This document shows, one piece after another, positions 27,192 to 40,480 of a stretch of DNA of 64,000 nt; the first letter of the stretch is position 1, and each line of letters opens with the position of its first letter. The notes below the pieces were generated by a model. The model made no database searches. It was not told the origin of the DNA and worked only from the letters and a program-made list of their open reading frames with translations. The translations under genes and the position numbers were made by a program. The stretch is from Mobula hypostoma. Taxonomy: Eukaryota. Location: positions 98,706,001 through 98,770,000 of the forward strand of contig NC_086107.1 of the NCBI RefSeq assembly GCF_963921235.1, given 5' to 3'.

Positions 27192-27770
27192 TGTGAGGCT
27201 GTCCGTCAGTCGGGGTCAACCATGGATGTTGTGTGATGCACGAGCCTGGGTAGTACGATATAGAGAGCAAGATGTTGCCCATACAGCAGGCTCTTCTCTG
27301 TACAGCTGAAGAATCCAAAGGAACGGCAGAGGTCGATACAGTTTGGTACCAGCAGCGTCGCAGGAGTTGCCAGTCAGTGTTGAACTCATCGTAGCACTGC
27401 CTTAGGGACTCCAGCTCTGGATTTTTCCTCGGGGTTTACTCCCGGAGCCTTCCCCATGAGTGGGTGTAGTTGCAAGGCAGCCCAGGTTTGAGATTGGAGT
27501 TTTCATTTTAGATGAGCTGCCAACCACGGCTGGTGAGCCCCATCTGCCCAAAGCAACTGGCTTTAAGGCACCGGTAACCCACCTTTGCCCCTTCTCCTGT
27601 CAATGGAAGCGGTTCTGTGGGCTTAGTAGCGAAGCCACATGTGAAGGCCAGGAGCTGGACTTTGTTGTCGGAGGCTATTTGATACGCATGCCATTGGGAG
27701 CATTTAGTAAGAGCTTATCCCTAATAACACCCCCGGATGTAACAACCTTAAGAGGCCATCATGGACTAAG
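27192..27770. mobile_element. Probable RTE-related non-autonomous retroposon
   Basis: GC-richer discrete block resembling RTE UTR-derived repeats; no ORF or TSD support. Confidence 0.35.
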
Positions 27771-29467
27771 TAGTTAAAAATGAAACTGTAGTCATCGAAA
27801 AACAGGAAAAATTGCTTCAAAGGATTTGTGACTTGCTTTACCTCAGAAATTGCAGTGCCCAGTACTTTGTTTTGCCCTGCCATTTGGTAAATACATAATA
27901 TAAAGGGTTGAAAATGTTCATACTGATTGGTTGAGAGTTTGGCAGAGCACAAGATTTATAGTCACCATCGGAATTCTAATTCTATTTTCAAGGGTGTGGA
28001 TATTACTTGTAACAAGTAACAGCAGAAGGAACACATATATTCAGTGAACAGGTTTCAGCTCACAGAGCAACTTCGCTGTGTGGCTTGCGAATCAGTTCAT
28101 AGACAAATCATATTAGGTCCTGATGTTATGTGTTCAGAACTTTCCCATGTAGTGTTGCCGGCGAGTAGGAATTCCTACTTTCATTCCATTTTTACAGAAT
28201 ATAACAGGGACAGTCACCATTTATTTTAGGGTTTTCACCCAGGCAATGACTCTTTAATTAGCTTGCATGATATCAGCGCTAAATAAATCGTTCTCAAAAA
28301 TCTCTGGCAAACATCTGCTAAGAAGCTGGCGTTCTTGTGGCAGTTTTCACCACAGCCCCTCCTCAGCAGTAGGCTCACTGTATTCCCAGATTGCACTCTT
28401 CCCTGGGGCTAAGTTGTGGGAGAGCCACTTCCAAGTTTAAGGAGTTCCATTTACCCGTGGTGAATCCATACGGCTGCAGGTTCGTGGACCTTTCATGGAG
28501 ACGCTAGACTGCAGATGCTGGAATTTGGGGCAACAAATTTGAATTAACTCAGCGGGTCGAGCAGCATCTACGGGTGCGTGCTGATGGAATTGTCAACGTC
28601 TCAATCAAACCCTTGCGTCAGATTCCTGAGTTGAGGATTCAAACTGAAACATTGTCAGTTCCTTACCTCCAGCAGGTGCTGTACTTCTGGATATTTTTAA
28701 TTTGTGTGGGCCATTGTGTCAGTGCACTGAAAGATGCCAAGAGGGTTTCTGCTAACTACAGGGCTGACCACTCTGCAGCTTGGCCTTTCCTTTCATCTTT
28801 CATGCAAAGATACGCACCTATTTTTTTAAATTCCAAATTCGCCTGCGAGTTTCCAGCTTTTGTCCCCCATCAATACCACACCACTACTTAACATATTCCA
28901 CAAATAATTGTGGTTAATCAGTGGCCGTTACATACCTTTGAGAATTGCCTTTGGTATTCTTGAATGAAAGTGGACATTCTGGCCAGAGGACTTAATCAGT
29001 GGTTTTAAATGGGCCCTTATGGGTTGTTTTGAGATGTTATCAATTACAATTGCATAAATCCAAACCTAAATCAGAGTATTTTCTTTCAGATCTACAACAG
29101 TATCTTATTCAATGCTGCTACTCCTTTCGTTTTTTTTCTCTCTCTCTCTCTCCCCTCAAAGTGCTGAGGTCAGGAATATCAATTTCCCATTCCTGCTCTT
29201 GTTGGAGCCAGAACTCAGTTACTGCTTCCGCAGCTTAATCCTATGTGGCAAGCTGAGTTTGCAAACTACCAACCCCGTTTTGTCATCATGTTGGTAATGT
29301 ATTCATGACCAACATGTGCTTGGCATTCCTCCCTCATCCGATCATTCCTCAATATTCCAACTTCTTATTTTTCCACTCCTCTGTTAGAAGTGTGTACTTC
29401 CATGCATTCTATGTTGTGATGCACAATTTAAACTCAACAATTAGATACTAATGATTTTTTAACATTT

Positions 29468-30206
29468 CAGAATCAGCTTTAATATCACCAGCTTATGTCA
29501 TGGAATTTGTTATCTTTGCAGCAGCAGTACTATGTAATACATGATAAACATAGAAATAAAACAGAAATAATTTTTTTTGAAGTAGTGAGGTAGTGTTCAT
29601 GGGTTCAATGTCCATTTAGAAATCAGATGGCAGAGGGGAAGAAGCTGTTCCTGAAAAACTGACTGTGTGTCTTCAGGCTTCTGTATCTCCTACCTGACGG
29701 TAACAATGAGAGGCAGCAATGTCCATGGTGGTATGGGTCCTTAAGGATGGATGTTGCCTTCCTGAGGCACCACTCCTTGAAGTTGTCTTGGATACTACGG
29801 AGGCTAGTACTAATGATGGAGCTGACTAATTTTACACCTCTCTGCATCTTACTTTGATCCTGTGCAGTAGCCTCCCCCCACCCCCCCATACCAGACAGTG
29901 ATGCAGTCAGTCAGAATGCTCTCCACAGTACATCTACAGAAGTTTTCAAGTCTTTTAACTGGCAAACCAAATCTCCTCCCACTCCTAATGAAATATAGCC
30001 GCTGTCTTGCCTTCTTTGTAGCTGCATCAACATGTTGCAACCAGGTTATGTCCTCAGAAATACTGACATCCAGGAACTTGAAATTGCTCACTTTGTCCAC
30101 TTCTGATCCCTCTGTGAGGATTGGTTTGTGTTTCCTCGTTCTACCCTTTCTGAGGTCTACAATGAGCTCTTTAGTCTTGCTAACATTGAGTGCAAGGTTG
30201 TTTGAC
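29468..30206 (-). mobile_element. Rex1/Babar-type LINE 3' fragment
   Basis: NNLALNVSKTKELIVDLRK..FKFLDVSISEDITW..KKARQRLYFIR..CTVESILTDCITVWYG, then a frameshifted C-terminus. Confidence 0.85.
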
Positions 30207-31687
30207 ATAACAGCTAAATCAGCTACATTTGTTCCATTAAAAACTGGGATGTATCATGAAGCTGTTACCTGAAAAAATTTCACCCATGCTGAGATACATC
30301 CTAGGATGCGCTGGGACTCGTCATCAGTGAGTCTTTCAGCATCAGACACCCTCGCCCGGGCGACCCAGCCAGGGTTAATCAGGTCCTGGCTTGTGTCCCA
30401 GCAGCTTCGGTCCATGGGTTACACCTCTTGATCAGTAGCCATCTAGAGACTCACTCAGCAGGCTCTGTGACGGTCCTGGTGGCTCTTTTCTTTGCAGCTC
30501 CCGTAACACCAAGGAGAGAGTAGGTTCAGCACAGTGAGTGGCCAGCAAACCTTTACATCCCACCTCTATAGGCTGACATCATGCCCTCCACCCCTGTCTC
30601 TGGCACTCCTCTACCAGCTACTGGTATTTGGCTTTCTTACTATCAAGTAACTTCCTCAATCTGGTCTTCCCAAGGAACTGTCAGTCTAGTATAACAGCAT
30701 TGACCATGAGATTTGCTAAGAGGTGCATGCATCTGTTGGCTAATGTGCTAATAGTTTGCTTGCAGAAACTGGGGCATTGTGTGATCAGATTACATTTTAA
30801 ATGGATTAACTACAAAATTAATTAAATTAATTGGATTGAGTTAAGTGAGTTGGTAAAGGTTTGATTAATAATCAGATAAAGTAGAATACCTTTATGCTGA
30901 CGACAAACTTGAGTGAGGTGCCCCCAGTTAATACTTAAGGTGAGAGAAGTTTAATTTCAATTTAAACGTGACACTGAGACAGGTTGGCCATTTACCACAT
31001 AACTAGTCAAGTGAATGAGAATTTGTCGAAATTGCTCCATATACCCACATACAGCACAAACTATCTGAGATGCATTGAATAAGGTGTGTGACTGTATTCA
31101 ATTATCCCACCTGTGATTTTATCATCATCAGTAGCGTTTTAGGGAGCTACTTAGTGAAGGGGTCAGAGATGAGTCTAGCTTTTTCAGAATTCATGGTGTA
31201 AATGCTATGGAAAGCATTGTCAACTTTCTACTATTGAGAATGGTTTGAGGAGAGCTGTCCAAGTGGGCATGCAGGACATAGTTGACAAGAACATCTAACT
31301 ACTGCCATCCCGATACTTTAGTGTACTTTTATCACCAACGTTTTTCTGAGTGTTCCGTCCAGTGTCTCCAGAAAGCCGCTGGATCAAATGGAGCTAATTT
31401 TCAGAACACATAGGAAATTGTTTAACCTATGCCAAGTCCACTCCAGAACTGAGGTCACACCAACTTCAGTCATCGAGCTGCAGTATGTAGGTGACATTTG
31501 TATCAACAGGGTGAGCCTTGCATTGAATATCCACAAAGGTGGTCGACTGACCCCTCTGCCACCCGCCAAGGTGCAGAGTTTGGAACCCTGATCTAGAGTG
31601 GGTGTAGTATGCTTGGTGCTACACCATCCTAATCTGGCTCCTTCGTGGCCAGAGATCAAAATCCTGAACTTCTCCCATTCTAGTTCA

Positions 31688-32170
31688 GGATCAGAATTAA
31701 GGTTATCATCACTGATATATGTTGTGGAATTTGTTTGACAGCAGCAGCACAGTGCAATACATAAACAATGCTACAATTACAGAAATAATATATTAAAAAT
31801 AGCGCAAAAAGAGAGCGGAATAGTGAGGTAGTGTATGTGGGTTCATGAACTTTCAGAAATCTGATGGTGGAGGGGAAGTAGCTGTTCCAAAAGTGTTGAG
31901 TGTTCATCTTCAGACTCCTGTACCATCTCCTTGATAGTGGTAATGTGAAAAGGGCATTTCCCAGATGGTGAGGGTCCTTAATAATGGATGCTGCCTTCTT
32001 GGGACACTTGCCTTTTGAAGATGTCGTCAGTTGTGGGGAGGCTAATACCCGTGGTGGGGCTGGCTGGGTTTACAACTCCCTGTAGCTTTTTCAGATCCTG
32101 TGCATTGATGCCTTTGTACCAGACAATAATGCAACCAGTCAGAATGCTCTCCACGGTATATCTGTAGAAT
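31688..32170 (-). mobile_element. Rex1/Babar-type LINE 3' fragment
   Basis: Homologous tail and C-terminal coding remnant (NSYFPSTIRFL). Confidence 0.7.
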
Positions 32171-33975
32171 TGTCAATGAATTTGGTGGGAGTACATAATT
32201 TCCCACTCGGGAGCGATGAAGTGCTTATTGTTATTATCATTATTGTTATGTTCTATAGTAGTTCAAGAGAGCTCGCCATGACTTTCTCTCAGATAGTTGC
32301 CACCAGCAGCTTCAAGAGTTGATCAGGGTTGGCAATAGCACTGAATTAATGAGAAAATCCTGTTTAGAGAGTGGATTTTTTTTAAAAAAAGAAGAAATCC
32401 TGGTAGAGCATGCAGCAAGAACTAGAATACAGCTGAAACTGAGGGGAATGTATGGTGATGATTGGGAAATCTGGGAGTTCATCATCAGTTTTATAATCCA
32501 GACCATTAATTGTGGTGGGTGAGGAGTGAGGTCACTGGAAAATTTGGCACTGTGCTCTCCTTTGAGAAAATAAGTGACGGGCAGAGAAAAGAGTGTATTA
32601 TGTTTTAATTGGAGTCAGGACTGAAAAAGTCAGTGTTGGTTTTCACTGGATCATTGGTTTTGATGTAGCTGAGGGATATTTCTCACACGCCACCATTAGT
32701 TCTCCTGTCTGTTTAGTTAACGAACGGTTTGAGTTTGTTTCTGTCCCGCTCACCAGTGTTGGAAGTGGTGGTGGCATGTTTTCAGGAACTGAATGAGCAG
32801 GGCTGTGTGTGACTTGCTGAGAGCAGCGGCTGCCAAATGGCCAGCCGTGCCAGGGAGCTCCAGCTTCTGACAGCACTCACCGCCCTCTGGCAGCTGCGTA
32901 ACTCATGACATCGGCATTCTATTCCCCTTCACATCTATTTCTGACAACAACAGGAACAGCAGCGTGTTTTGAATGTGATTTTAAAGAGGGACCATTATTT
33001 ACAATCACGGGTTCGTTTTGATTGATTGAATGAAGTTGGTTCTATCTAGACTGCAGAAGGGACCAATGTCAGTGTTCATCTAGGAGATGGTAGTTAGATT
33101 GACACAGTCGCTTACTACCCGATGGGGTGCACTTTCCACTTCAATGCAACTGTCCCAGCTGTAATCCACTGGCCTGAATAAAACCAATCCCGCTCACTTC
33201 TGCCCCCTCACATTTCTGCAGCCAAGTAATGACTCAGTGGAGATGCAAAAGGCCCTTTATGTCTCTGAATCTGTTTGCTATCCAGCAAAATATTAACTGC
33301 TCTGTGACCTGACTCCACATATTTGGCTTTGATGTTACTGGCTAACAAAAAATAAACTCAAGTTCCATATAAATTAATAGTGACTAGTACATCTGTTGCA
33401 GTTTGCATAATAGTTTTCAAATTAGTGCTGTCCTCTCAAATAGAAATGTTTCCTAATCACTCCTGATAGAATGGACTCTTAATTTTTAAACAGTGTCCAT
33501 TGTCTTACACTCACTACACAGGTGAACTATTCCAGGGGCTATAGCTCAAACCAGTGTTATTCAAACCCTTGTAGTCCAGGAATCCATCTTGTAATTGGAT
33601 AAAGGGGAAAACTTCACTCAACTTCTCTTAGCCCATCACTGAAATGTTCCCACAACCAATGGACTCATTTTCAAGGACTCTTCATCTCATGTTCTCAATA
33701 TTTATTGCTTATTTATTTATTTATTTATTTATTATTTCTTCGTTTTGTGTTTGCTTAGTTTGTTGTCTTCTACACTCTGGTTGAACGTCCTAGTTGGGTG
33801 GTCTTTCATTGATTCTGTGAAGGTTATTATTCTGTAACATTATTGATTATGCCCACAAGAAAATGAATGCCGGGGTTGTATATGGTATGTGACGGAGTCC
33901 TGAATTACCCCAATGAACTCTGCTTTTCAAAAGACAGAGAGAGAGAGAGGTATTTAACACCGACATCTTGTTTTG

Positions 33976-34010
<35 letters not shown>

Positions 34011-34659
34011 AGACTAACTATTGCATTTCTGCTGAGTTGGAGAGAGAGGGCACCGAGCAGCTTATAAGTCACTATAGTGTCCAAGGGCGGTGTTATTTGA
34101 TGGACAATCGATGCGATAGTTTCTCTGGAGTGTATTTATTCTTCCCAAGGACATGGCCTGCTAGTGCATTCTTACACAGACAGAGATGGGAGGAGTTATT
34201 TGAATGAGAGTTGGTACTCAGTACGGTGAGATAAATAGAAGGTCAGATGATAGACCTGCAGCATGTGTTTTTGGACACTGAATGAGCTCTGTTGTGCCCA
34301 CAGAAAAAGTGGGTTTTTTGGAAGATCGATTGGGCGGATCGATCAGTGGCTCTTGCAGTGAGAAAAGGGAGTGACCGATGGGGAGTTCTCCATGTGTGCA
34401 ACCCTTGCCTAGGTTGATGATTCCACCACAGAAAAACGGTCCCCTTTGTTGTGGTCACAGTCAGTGACTTTTAAAGGATTTCTGAGAACAATGGGAAGAT
34501 CGATGGCGTCAGTTCATCTGAAGACTCAAATCTCTTCCTCTCTCTACTCAACTCAATACCACAAACTGAACTGAACTTTACTCGTTATCGTAAGACTATC
34601 TATTTACCCCTAGACTTGAAGAAGCTTGGTTTTCGTATATTTCCACATATACCGATATA

Positions 34660-37131
34660 CAGGTTTCCCCCACCATCCGAAGGTAGAGCATTCCAATGAG
34701 ACAGTTCGTAAGCCAAGATGTCATAAAGTGAAGAAGCAATTACCATTTATTAATATGGGAAAGATTTTTGAGCGTTTCCAGACCCAAAAAATAACCTACC
34801 AAATCATGCCAAATAACGCATAAAACCTAAAATAACAATAACATATAGTAAAAGCAGGAATGGTATGATAAATACACAGCCTATATAAAGTAGAAATACT
34901 TGTTGCAATCATTGAAGCACAGTCTAGCGCAGCGAAAATCTCACGCATGCGCTCTCGGTGGAAGCACTGTCGGCGCAGACGCTGTCAGCAGAAACACTCT
35001 CTCCAGTAACCTTTAAGCTATGAGGCTGCCAAATCATACCAAATAACACAAAAATACACAACCTATATAAAGTAGAAATAATGTATGTGCAGTGTAGTTT
35101 CACTTACGGGAATCAGGATGGTGTGTTAGGCTGAGTCGTGGGAAATTGGAGTGGTGGGAGGTAGAGGAGACTGAGGTGTCATCTCATCGTAGTCTATTTC
35201 CAATAGGGCAGGCAGGTCATCATCTTCTACGTCTGCCTGCCTCGATGTCAAAGGTCGAGGTTCGTCGTCTGCTGTGGCTGATGTGCAAGGCTTGAAAATC
35301 GACGGTATACTTGACTGCTGAGCCTCGCACATTTTTAGATCATAGAGTTCTTTGTAAGCCCTCAAAACATCCTGAAAACCTGCCCTAAACCTACGTGCCC
35401 TTTCAAAATTAAAGTCAATCGCAGCGAAAACCTCACGCAACTGCTTCACGTTCAGTCCCTGGACGACTTCATTTTCGCTACTGCGTTTGGTTTTGATTGT
35501 TATCCTTCCCTCTTGCAATTGCATCAGCTGTTCATCTGTCAATTCTTGGTCATGGGATGCCAAAACCTCCTCAACATCATCTTCGTCAATTTCCACAAAC
35601 CCAGCCTCCTTAACCAAGATCACTATTGTCGTATTCATTGTTGATGGTTCGAAGCCTTTAAAATCGTTCACTGCTTTGGGACATAGTTTCCTCCAAACGC
35701 CATTTCTCATCGAGACTCTTAGCCTATCGAGAGCATCTCCAATGTTGGTGATCGCCAGTTTTATATTGTAGTCTTTCCAGATCTCTAGCAAAGATGCTTC
35801 GGAGTTGCCCTCTCTGTCAATAGCACTTACAATAAAACGCATCACATTTTGCGTATAGTAAGCCTTAATTGTGGCTATTAGGCCTTGGTCACACGGCTGC
35901 AGCAACGATGTCGTATTCGGCGGTAAGAACGCAACACGAATGTTACCGCCATACTCGGTAATCTCAGGCGGATGAGCAGCACAATTATCGACAATCACAA
36001 GACACCTATTATCGAGGTTATTTTCTCTGCAGTATTTTTCAACAAAAGGACTAACGTATCTGCTCATGTACTCAGAAAAAAGCACTTGGGTGTTCCAACT
36101 GCTTGGATGTGAACGGAACACAACGGGAAGTGTTTTCTTATCAACGCCTTTAAGTGCCCTCGGATTTTCTGAATGGTACACTAGTAGAGGCTTAAGGACA
36201 GCATCACCAGTGGCGTTAATAATAGGCATTGGGGTAAACCTGTCCTTTGATGCCTTGTGTCCCTTAGCCTGTTTTTCTTCTTTCGAAATAAATGTCTTAC
36301 TCGGCAATTTTTTCCAATAAATTGCAGTTTCGTCACATTAAACACTTGCTTATAAGAATAACCACCTTCTGTAATTATTTTCTTCAGTTGTGCTGGGAAC
36401 CTTTCGGCAGCTTCAGTATCAGCCGAAGCACCCTCTCCGGTAAATGTTAAACTATGAAGCTGCCCTCGCCTCAGAAACCGATCAAACCACCCGTGGCTAC
36501 CTTTAAATTCCACTTTCGCAACACTTTCATCACCATCGGCCAGTGGCTTCTGTTTCAGCTTATTAAAAAGACTGACTGATTTCTCCTTAAGTATAAGATA
36601 ACTTAAAGGAACACCGCGTTTTGTACACCCATCAATCCACTCAAGCAGTAGACTTTCCATTTTATCCATTACTGGATGCCGACTAAGAGAGACCACTTTG
36701 CTACAAGCAGAACCAACAGTAACATCGGCAGCTTTCAAGATTTTTTCTCTCTGCGTAGAAATAGTGCGAATGGTGGATGCAGGCAAGTTCAACGCACAGA
36801 CCATGTCCTTACTTCGTTCGCCATGATCGAAATGCTTAATTATGTCTAGTTTTACGCTAAGTGTAATACCCTTACGAGCTCTTTTAGGCTTTTCTGATAC
36901 CGTAGAACTCATCTTGCTAACAGATGCACAAAATAAATCGAGATAGAGCACATGTTTAAGCAATGGCGGCTAGAAAACAGTTCCAGGGCAGGAGCTTGGC
37001 TGCTCGGGGCGCGCGCTGCTTTTCTTGTAACAGTGAAAAAACTTTCTGTTAGTGAAAACAGGATACAAATGTAGGTCTTTCGTAACAGCGAGGTTTCGTA
37101 AAGCAAACGTTCGAAAAGCGGGGGACACCTG
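34660..37131 (-). mobile_element. Full-length Tigger/pogo DNA transposon
   Basis: TA-CAGGTTTCCCCC... and ...GGGGGACACCTG-TA imperfect TIRs with TA TSD, enclosing a transposase. Confidence 0.92.
35126..36912 (-). pseudogene. Tigger/pogo transposase (HTH_psq + CENP-B HTH + DDE_1), single frameshift
   Basis: MSSTVSEKPKRARKGITLSVKLDII..FKGSHGWFDRF..VFN/[C]DETAIYWKKLPSKTF..VDNCAAH..LQPCDQGLI; 1-bp deletion near 36336. Confidence 0.9.
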
Positions 37132-37803
37132 TAACTATATATAATCATTGCTAACCTGTTTTATATATCTGATTTTATATTACTGTATTGCATAGTTACT
37201 AATAAATATTATTAGTTAATAGCAATACCGGACTCCAAAGTGTTTTCTATTTCTGCTGGTTCTTTAACCTGTCATGGGGTACGTGACAGGTGACATGTAT
37301 GTACTTTGATAATAAAATTTACTTTGAGCTTTAATTCTGTGAAACCCAGAATTGCTCACCTTTTACTCTTGGTGTGATCTGCCCAGTGTAAGTGAAGGCC
37401 AGAATTCCATCAGTCTTTTTCATAATGTCTGAACGTTAACACATTTTAACAATTGGGTGCATAAACCATCAAGTCTTTTCAGATCTTTGCTGCTGCTTTG
37501 CAGTTTAGAGAGAATTCTTTTCTCCTTTTACAGGCTGAAATGGATGAGCTCACATTTGCTTGCACGGAGTTCCATCTATTAATATCTTTTTATAACTGGG
37601 AGCTTTTGTCTGGCTTCCATCTGCACTGCTTACAGTGTTGCATGTCTTTGTTATTGGATCACAGGATAGAAAGTCAGTTCTCCAAGTTACTTCTGAATAT
37701 AGTCACCAGTTGTTCCCTCAGCACAGTGTTGTGGCAAAGCACCTGTTTTGCCCTGCCTTCCTACTGTCTGGATCAGCCATTTACCTAATTAATTAAATAT
37801 TTT

Positions 37804-38215
37804 CACAACACGCTGGAGGGACTCAGCAGGCCGTGGAAATGATCAGTCGACGTTTTGGGCCGGAACCCTTCGTCAGGACGGTAGAGGGAAGGGGCAGAGG
37901 CCCTATAAAGAAGGTGGGGGGAGGGTGGAAAGGAGAAGGCTGGTAGGTTCCAGGTGAAAAACCAGTAAGGGGAAAGATAAAGGGGTGGGGAAGCAAAGCA
38001 GGGAGGTGATAGGCAGGAAAGGTGAAGAAGGAATAAGGGAAAGCACAGTGGGTAGTAGAAGGAGGCAGAACCATGAGGGAGGTGGTAGGCAGCTGGGGGG
38101 GGGGCAGAGTGAAATAGGGGTAGAGGAAGGGAGGGGGAGGGAATTACCGGAAGTTGGGGTATTCTATGTTCATACCAAGGGGCTGGAGACTACCTAGATG
38201 GTATATGAGGTGTTA
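37804..38215 (-). mobile_element. 5'-truncated Penelope-like element (GIY-YIG C-terminus + terminal repeat with hammerhead motif)
   Basis: Minus strand encodes HLIYHLGSLQPLGMNIEYPNFR*, then a pyrimidine tract and a hammerhead-like motif at 37844-37881 (GAAA>AAAA). 14-bp TSD TAATTAAATATTTT at 37790-37803 and 38216-38229. Confidence 0.85.
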
Positions 38216-38390
38216 TAATTAAATATTTTGCTTCACATGAACAACTTCATGAAGTGGACTTGATCAGATGCTTTCTGGTATTGATATCAATGAGATTATA
38301 AACTCTCTCCCCCCCCCCCACCTCAAAAACTTCAAGTATGTTGAACTTTTTACAGGTGCACACTATCTCTTACAGGTTATCTCTGCAATA

Positions 38391-39739
38391 CACCCTATCC
38401 TCGTTATATGTGGGGGATAAGTTCCTCGCAGTCAACGCATAATGTGAAATCACATAGTGTGAATAATTATTTAAATGGCGAAAATAGGGATGCATTCCAG
38501 AGGACTTCCTAAATATGTTTTATCTGTAATTTATTCTCATTTTCATACCAATATGACACAAAAGCAGTACCACAAGACAACATTTGTATTATATTTCATC
38601 AATTTAAGGTAATATTCAATGTAATAAATCATAGAAAGTTAACATCCAAGGGTGTATGGTACTCACCAACAGTGGCAGGTGTGTTCGCTCCGGGAGATGA
38701 GTGGTTGTTGTGGTGTCGGGCAGCTTTGCATGGATAAGGTGGATGGTTGTGGTCGTCAGGATCATATCAAGCACAGCAGGAGGTGAAGGAAGACTCACAG
38801 AACTCTTAGAACTGCCAGCAGCGGGAGATGACACCGATTTGAAGAAAGTGGTGAGGGTTGTTTGTTTGGCAGCATTTTGTTTCTCAGCATAAATTTGCTT
38901 GTAGGGAAGAAGGGTTGACGGCATGGAACGACTGAAATGCTGTCTCCATTCTAAACCTGGGTCCATATCCATCGCTATTTGTGCCAAGTGGTCCGACTTC
39001 CACCATTCCCTCACCGCTGGTAAACTCCCGGGATTTTCAAAATCGTCTGTTGCTTGCAGCATCTGAGAGATAGTTTGCTGTAAAAAAAAATACGTACGCC
39101 TTGAATGTAGATCACACCTTGGTCGAGTGGTTGAATCAGCCATGTTGCGTTAGGCAGCAGGAAACGCACTGTTATGTTAGGATGAATGCTGTCCAAGTGT
39201 TTAGGATGGGTGGCGCATTGTCAAGCAACAAAAGAACTTTAAAGGCAAGATTCTGTTCCCGGCAGTAGCGTCCCAGAGCTGTGTTACCTACAGCTGATGC
39301 CATGCTGTTTATAATTTCCAACTTTTTTTCAAGTGTTAAAGCGGCTCTCTGCTGCTCGGCGGATGGCTCAGGACGTGACATCGGACGCTTAGGAGGCATA
39401 GTTAAATATTTCAAGCACAAAATTACTGCAGTGTAGGTAAAACCAACAAAAGTTTAAGAGCGCAAGATCGCACATCCACACCTTGCCAAGACCAAATGCG
39501 AGACTAGCGGGAGTGAGATTGTGAGGCGCGCATACCTGTCTGGTATTGGCGGGAAAGCGGTGCTTCTCATCCCAACAGTGAGACAGTGAGGTGTGCACGC
39601 AACTTGTATTGGCAGGAAAGCAGTGCTCCTTGCATAACTGTGAGTTTTGGATGCATATAAGGAGACGTTGGTAGAAATAGGTTCCTCGCAGAACTGTGAA
39701 TCCGCATTGTCTGAAGATGCATATAACAAGGATGAGGTG
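38391..39739 (-). mobile_element. Internally deleted Tigger/pogo transposon (second family)
   Basis: TA-CACCCTATCCTCGTTATATG ... CATATAACAAGGATGAGGTG-TA. Fragments MPPKRPM..ALTLEKKLEII fused to FKVLLLLDNAP, then LPNATWLIQPLDQGVI. Confidence 0.85.
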
Positions 39740-39959
39740 TATCTAGGTGTTCATTTTTTCACTGTTTATTCTTAAATACAAGCTTAAATAACTTGCTGGC
39801 AACAGAAACTGAGACAGAAAATATTGTCAACACTCGACAAGTCAGGCATTATCTATGGAAAGAGGAGTAGCTAATGTTTCAGCTTTAAGGTTGTTTATCA
39901 GAAGGGGAAAAGAAAAATGTTAATTGCCGGAAAGGTAAGGGGAAGGGTGGGTGGGAGAA

Positions 39960-40480
39960 ATAACCCATTTCAGTTCCCTTTCCCATTCCAACATGTCAGT
40001 CCACGGCCTCCTGTACTGCCATGATGAAGCCACACTCAGGTTGGAGGAGCAACACCTTATATTCTGTCTGGGTAGCCTCCAACCTGATGGCATGAACATC
40101 AATTTCTCAAACTTCTGGTAATTGCACCCCCCCCCTTCACCATTCCCCATTCCTGTTTTCCCCCTCTCTCCTATCTCATTACCTATCCATCACCTCCCTC
40201 TGGTGCTCCTCCTCCTTTCCACGGTCTTCTATCCTCTCCTGTCAGATTCCCCCTTCCCCAGCCCTTTATCTCTTTCACCAATCAACTTCCCAGCTCTTTA
40301 CTTCACCCCTCCCCCAGTTTCTCCTTGTACTTCTTCCTCCCCTCCCCCAACCTTCTTACTCTGACTTCTCATTTTCTTTTTCAGTCCTGATAAAGAGTCT
40401 CAGCCCGAAACGTCGACTATACGCTGTTTCATAAATGCTGCCTGGCCTGCTGAGTTCCTCCAGCATTTTGTGTGTATTGC
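39960..40480 (+). mobile_element. 5'-truncated Penelope-like element
   Basis: 39966-40121 reads HFSSLSHSNMSVHGLLYCHDEATLRLEEQHLIFCLGSLQPDGMNINFSNFW*. Hammerhead-like motif at 40382-40418 (CTGATAA variant). Confidence 0.85.

Larger units (their letters stand above)
33888..37288 (+). mobile_element. Solo LTR (~930 bp, Gypsy-like) interrupted by a Tigger element and itself inserted in a LINE 3' tail
   Basis: TGTGACG...CGTGACA termini; 4-bp TSD GGTA/GGTG; AATAAA at 37201. The flanks rejoin as the LINE tail GTATATGGTGACATGTATGTACTTTGATAATAAA. Confidence 0.7.

Noticed and set aside
35126..36963. Domesticated TIGD/CENP-B-like host gene
   Set aside because: Bounded by TIRs and a TA TSD, nested in an LTR, and frameshifted at the first catalytic motif.
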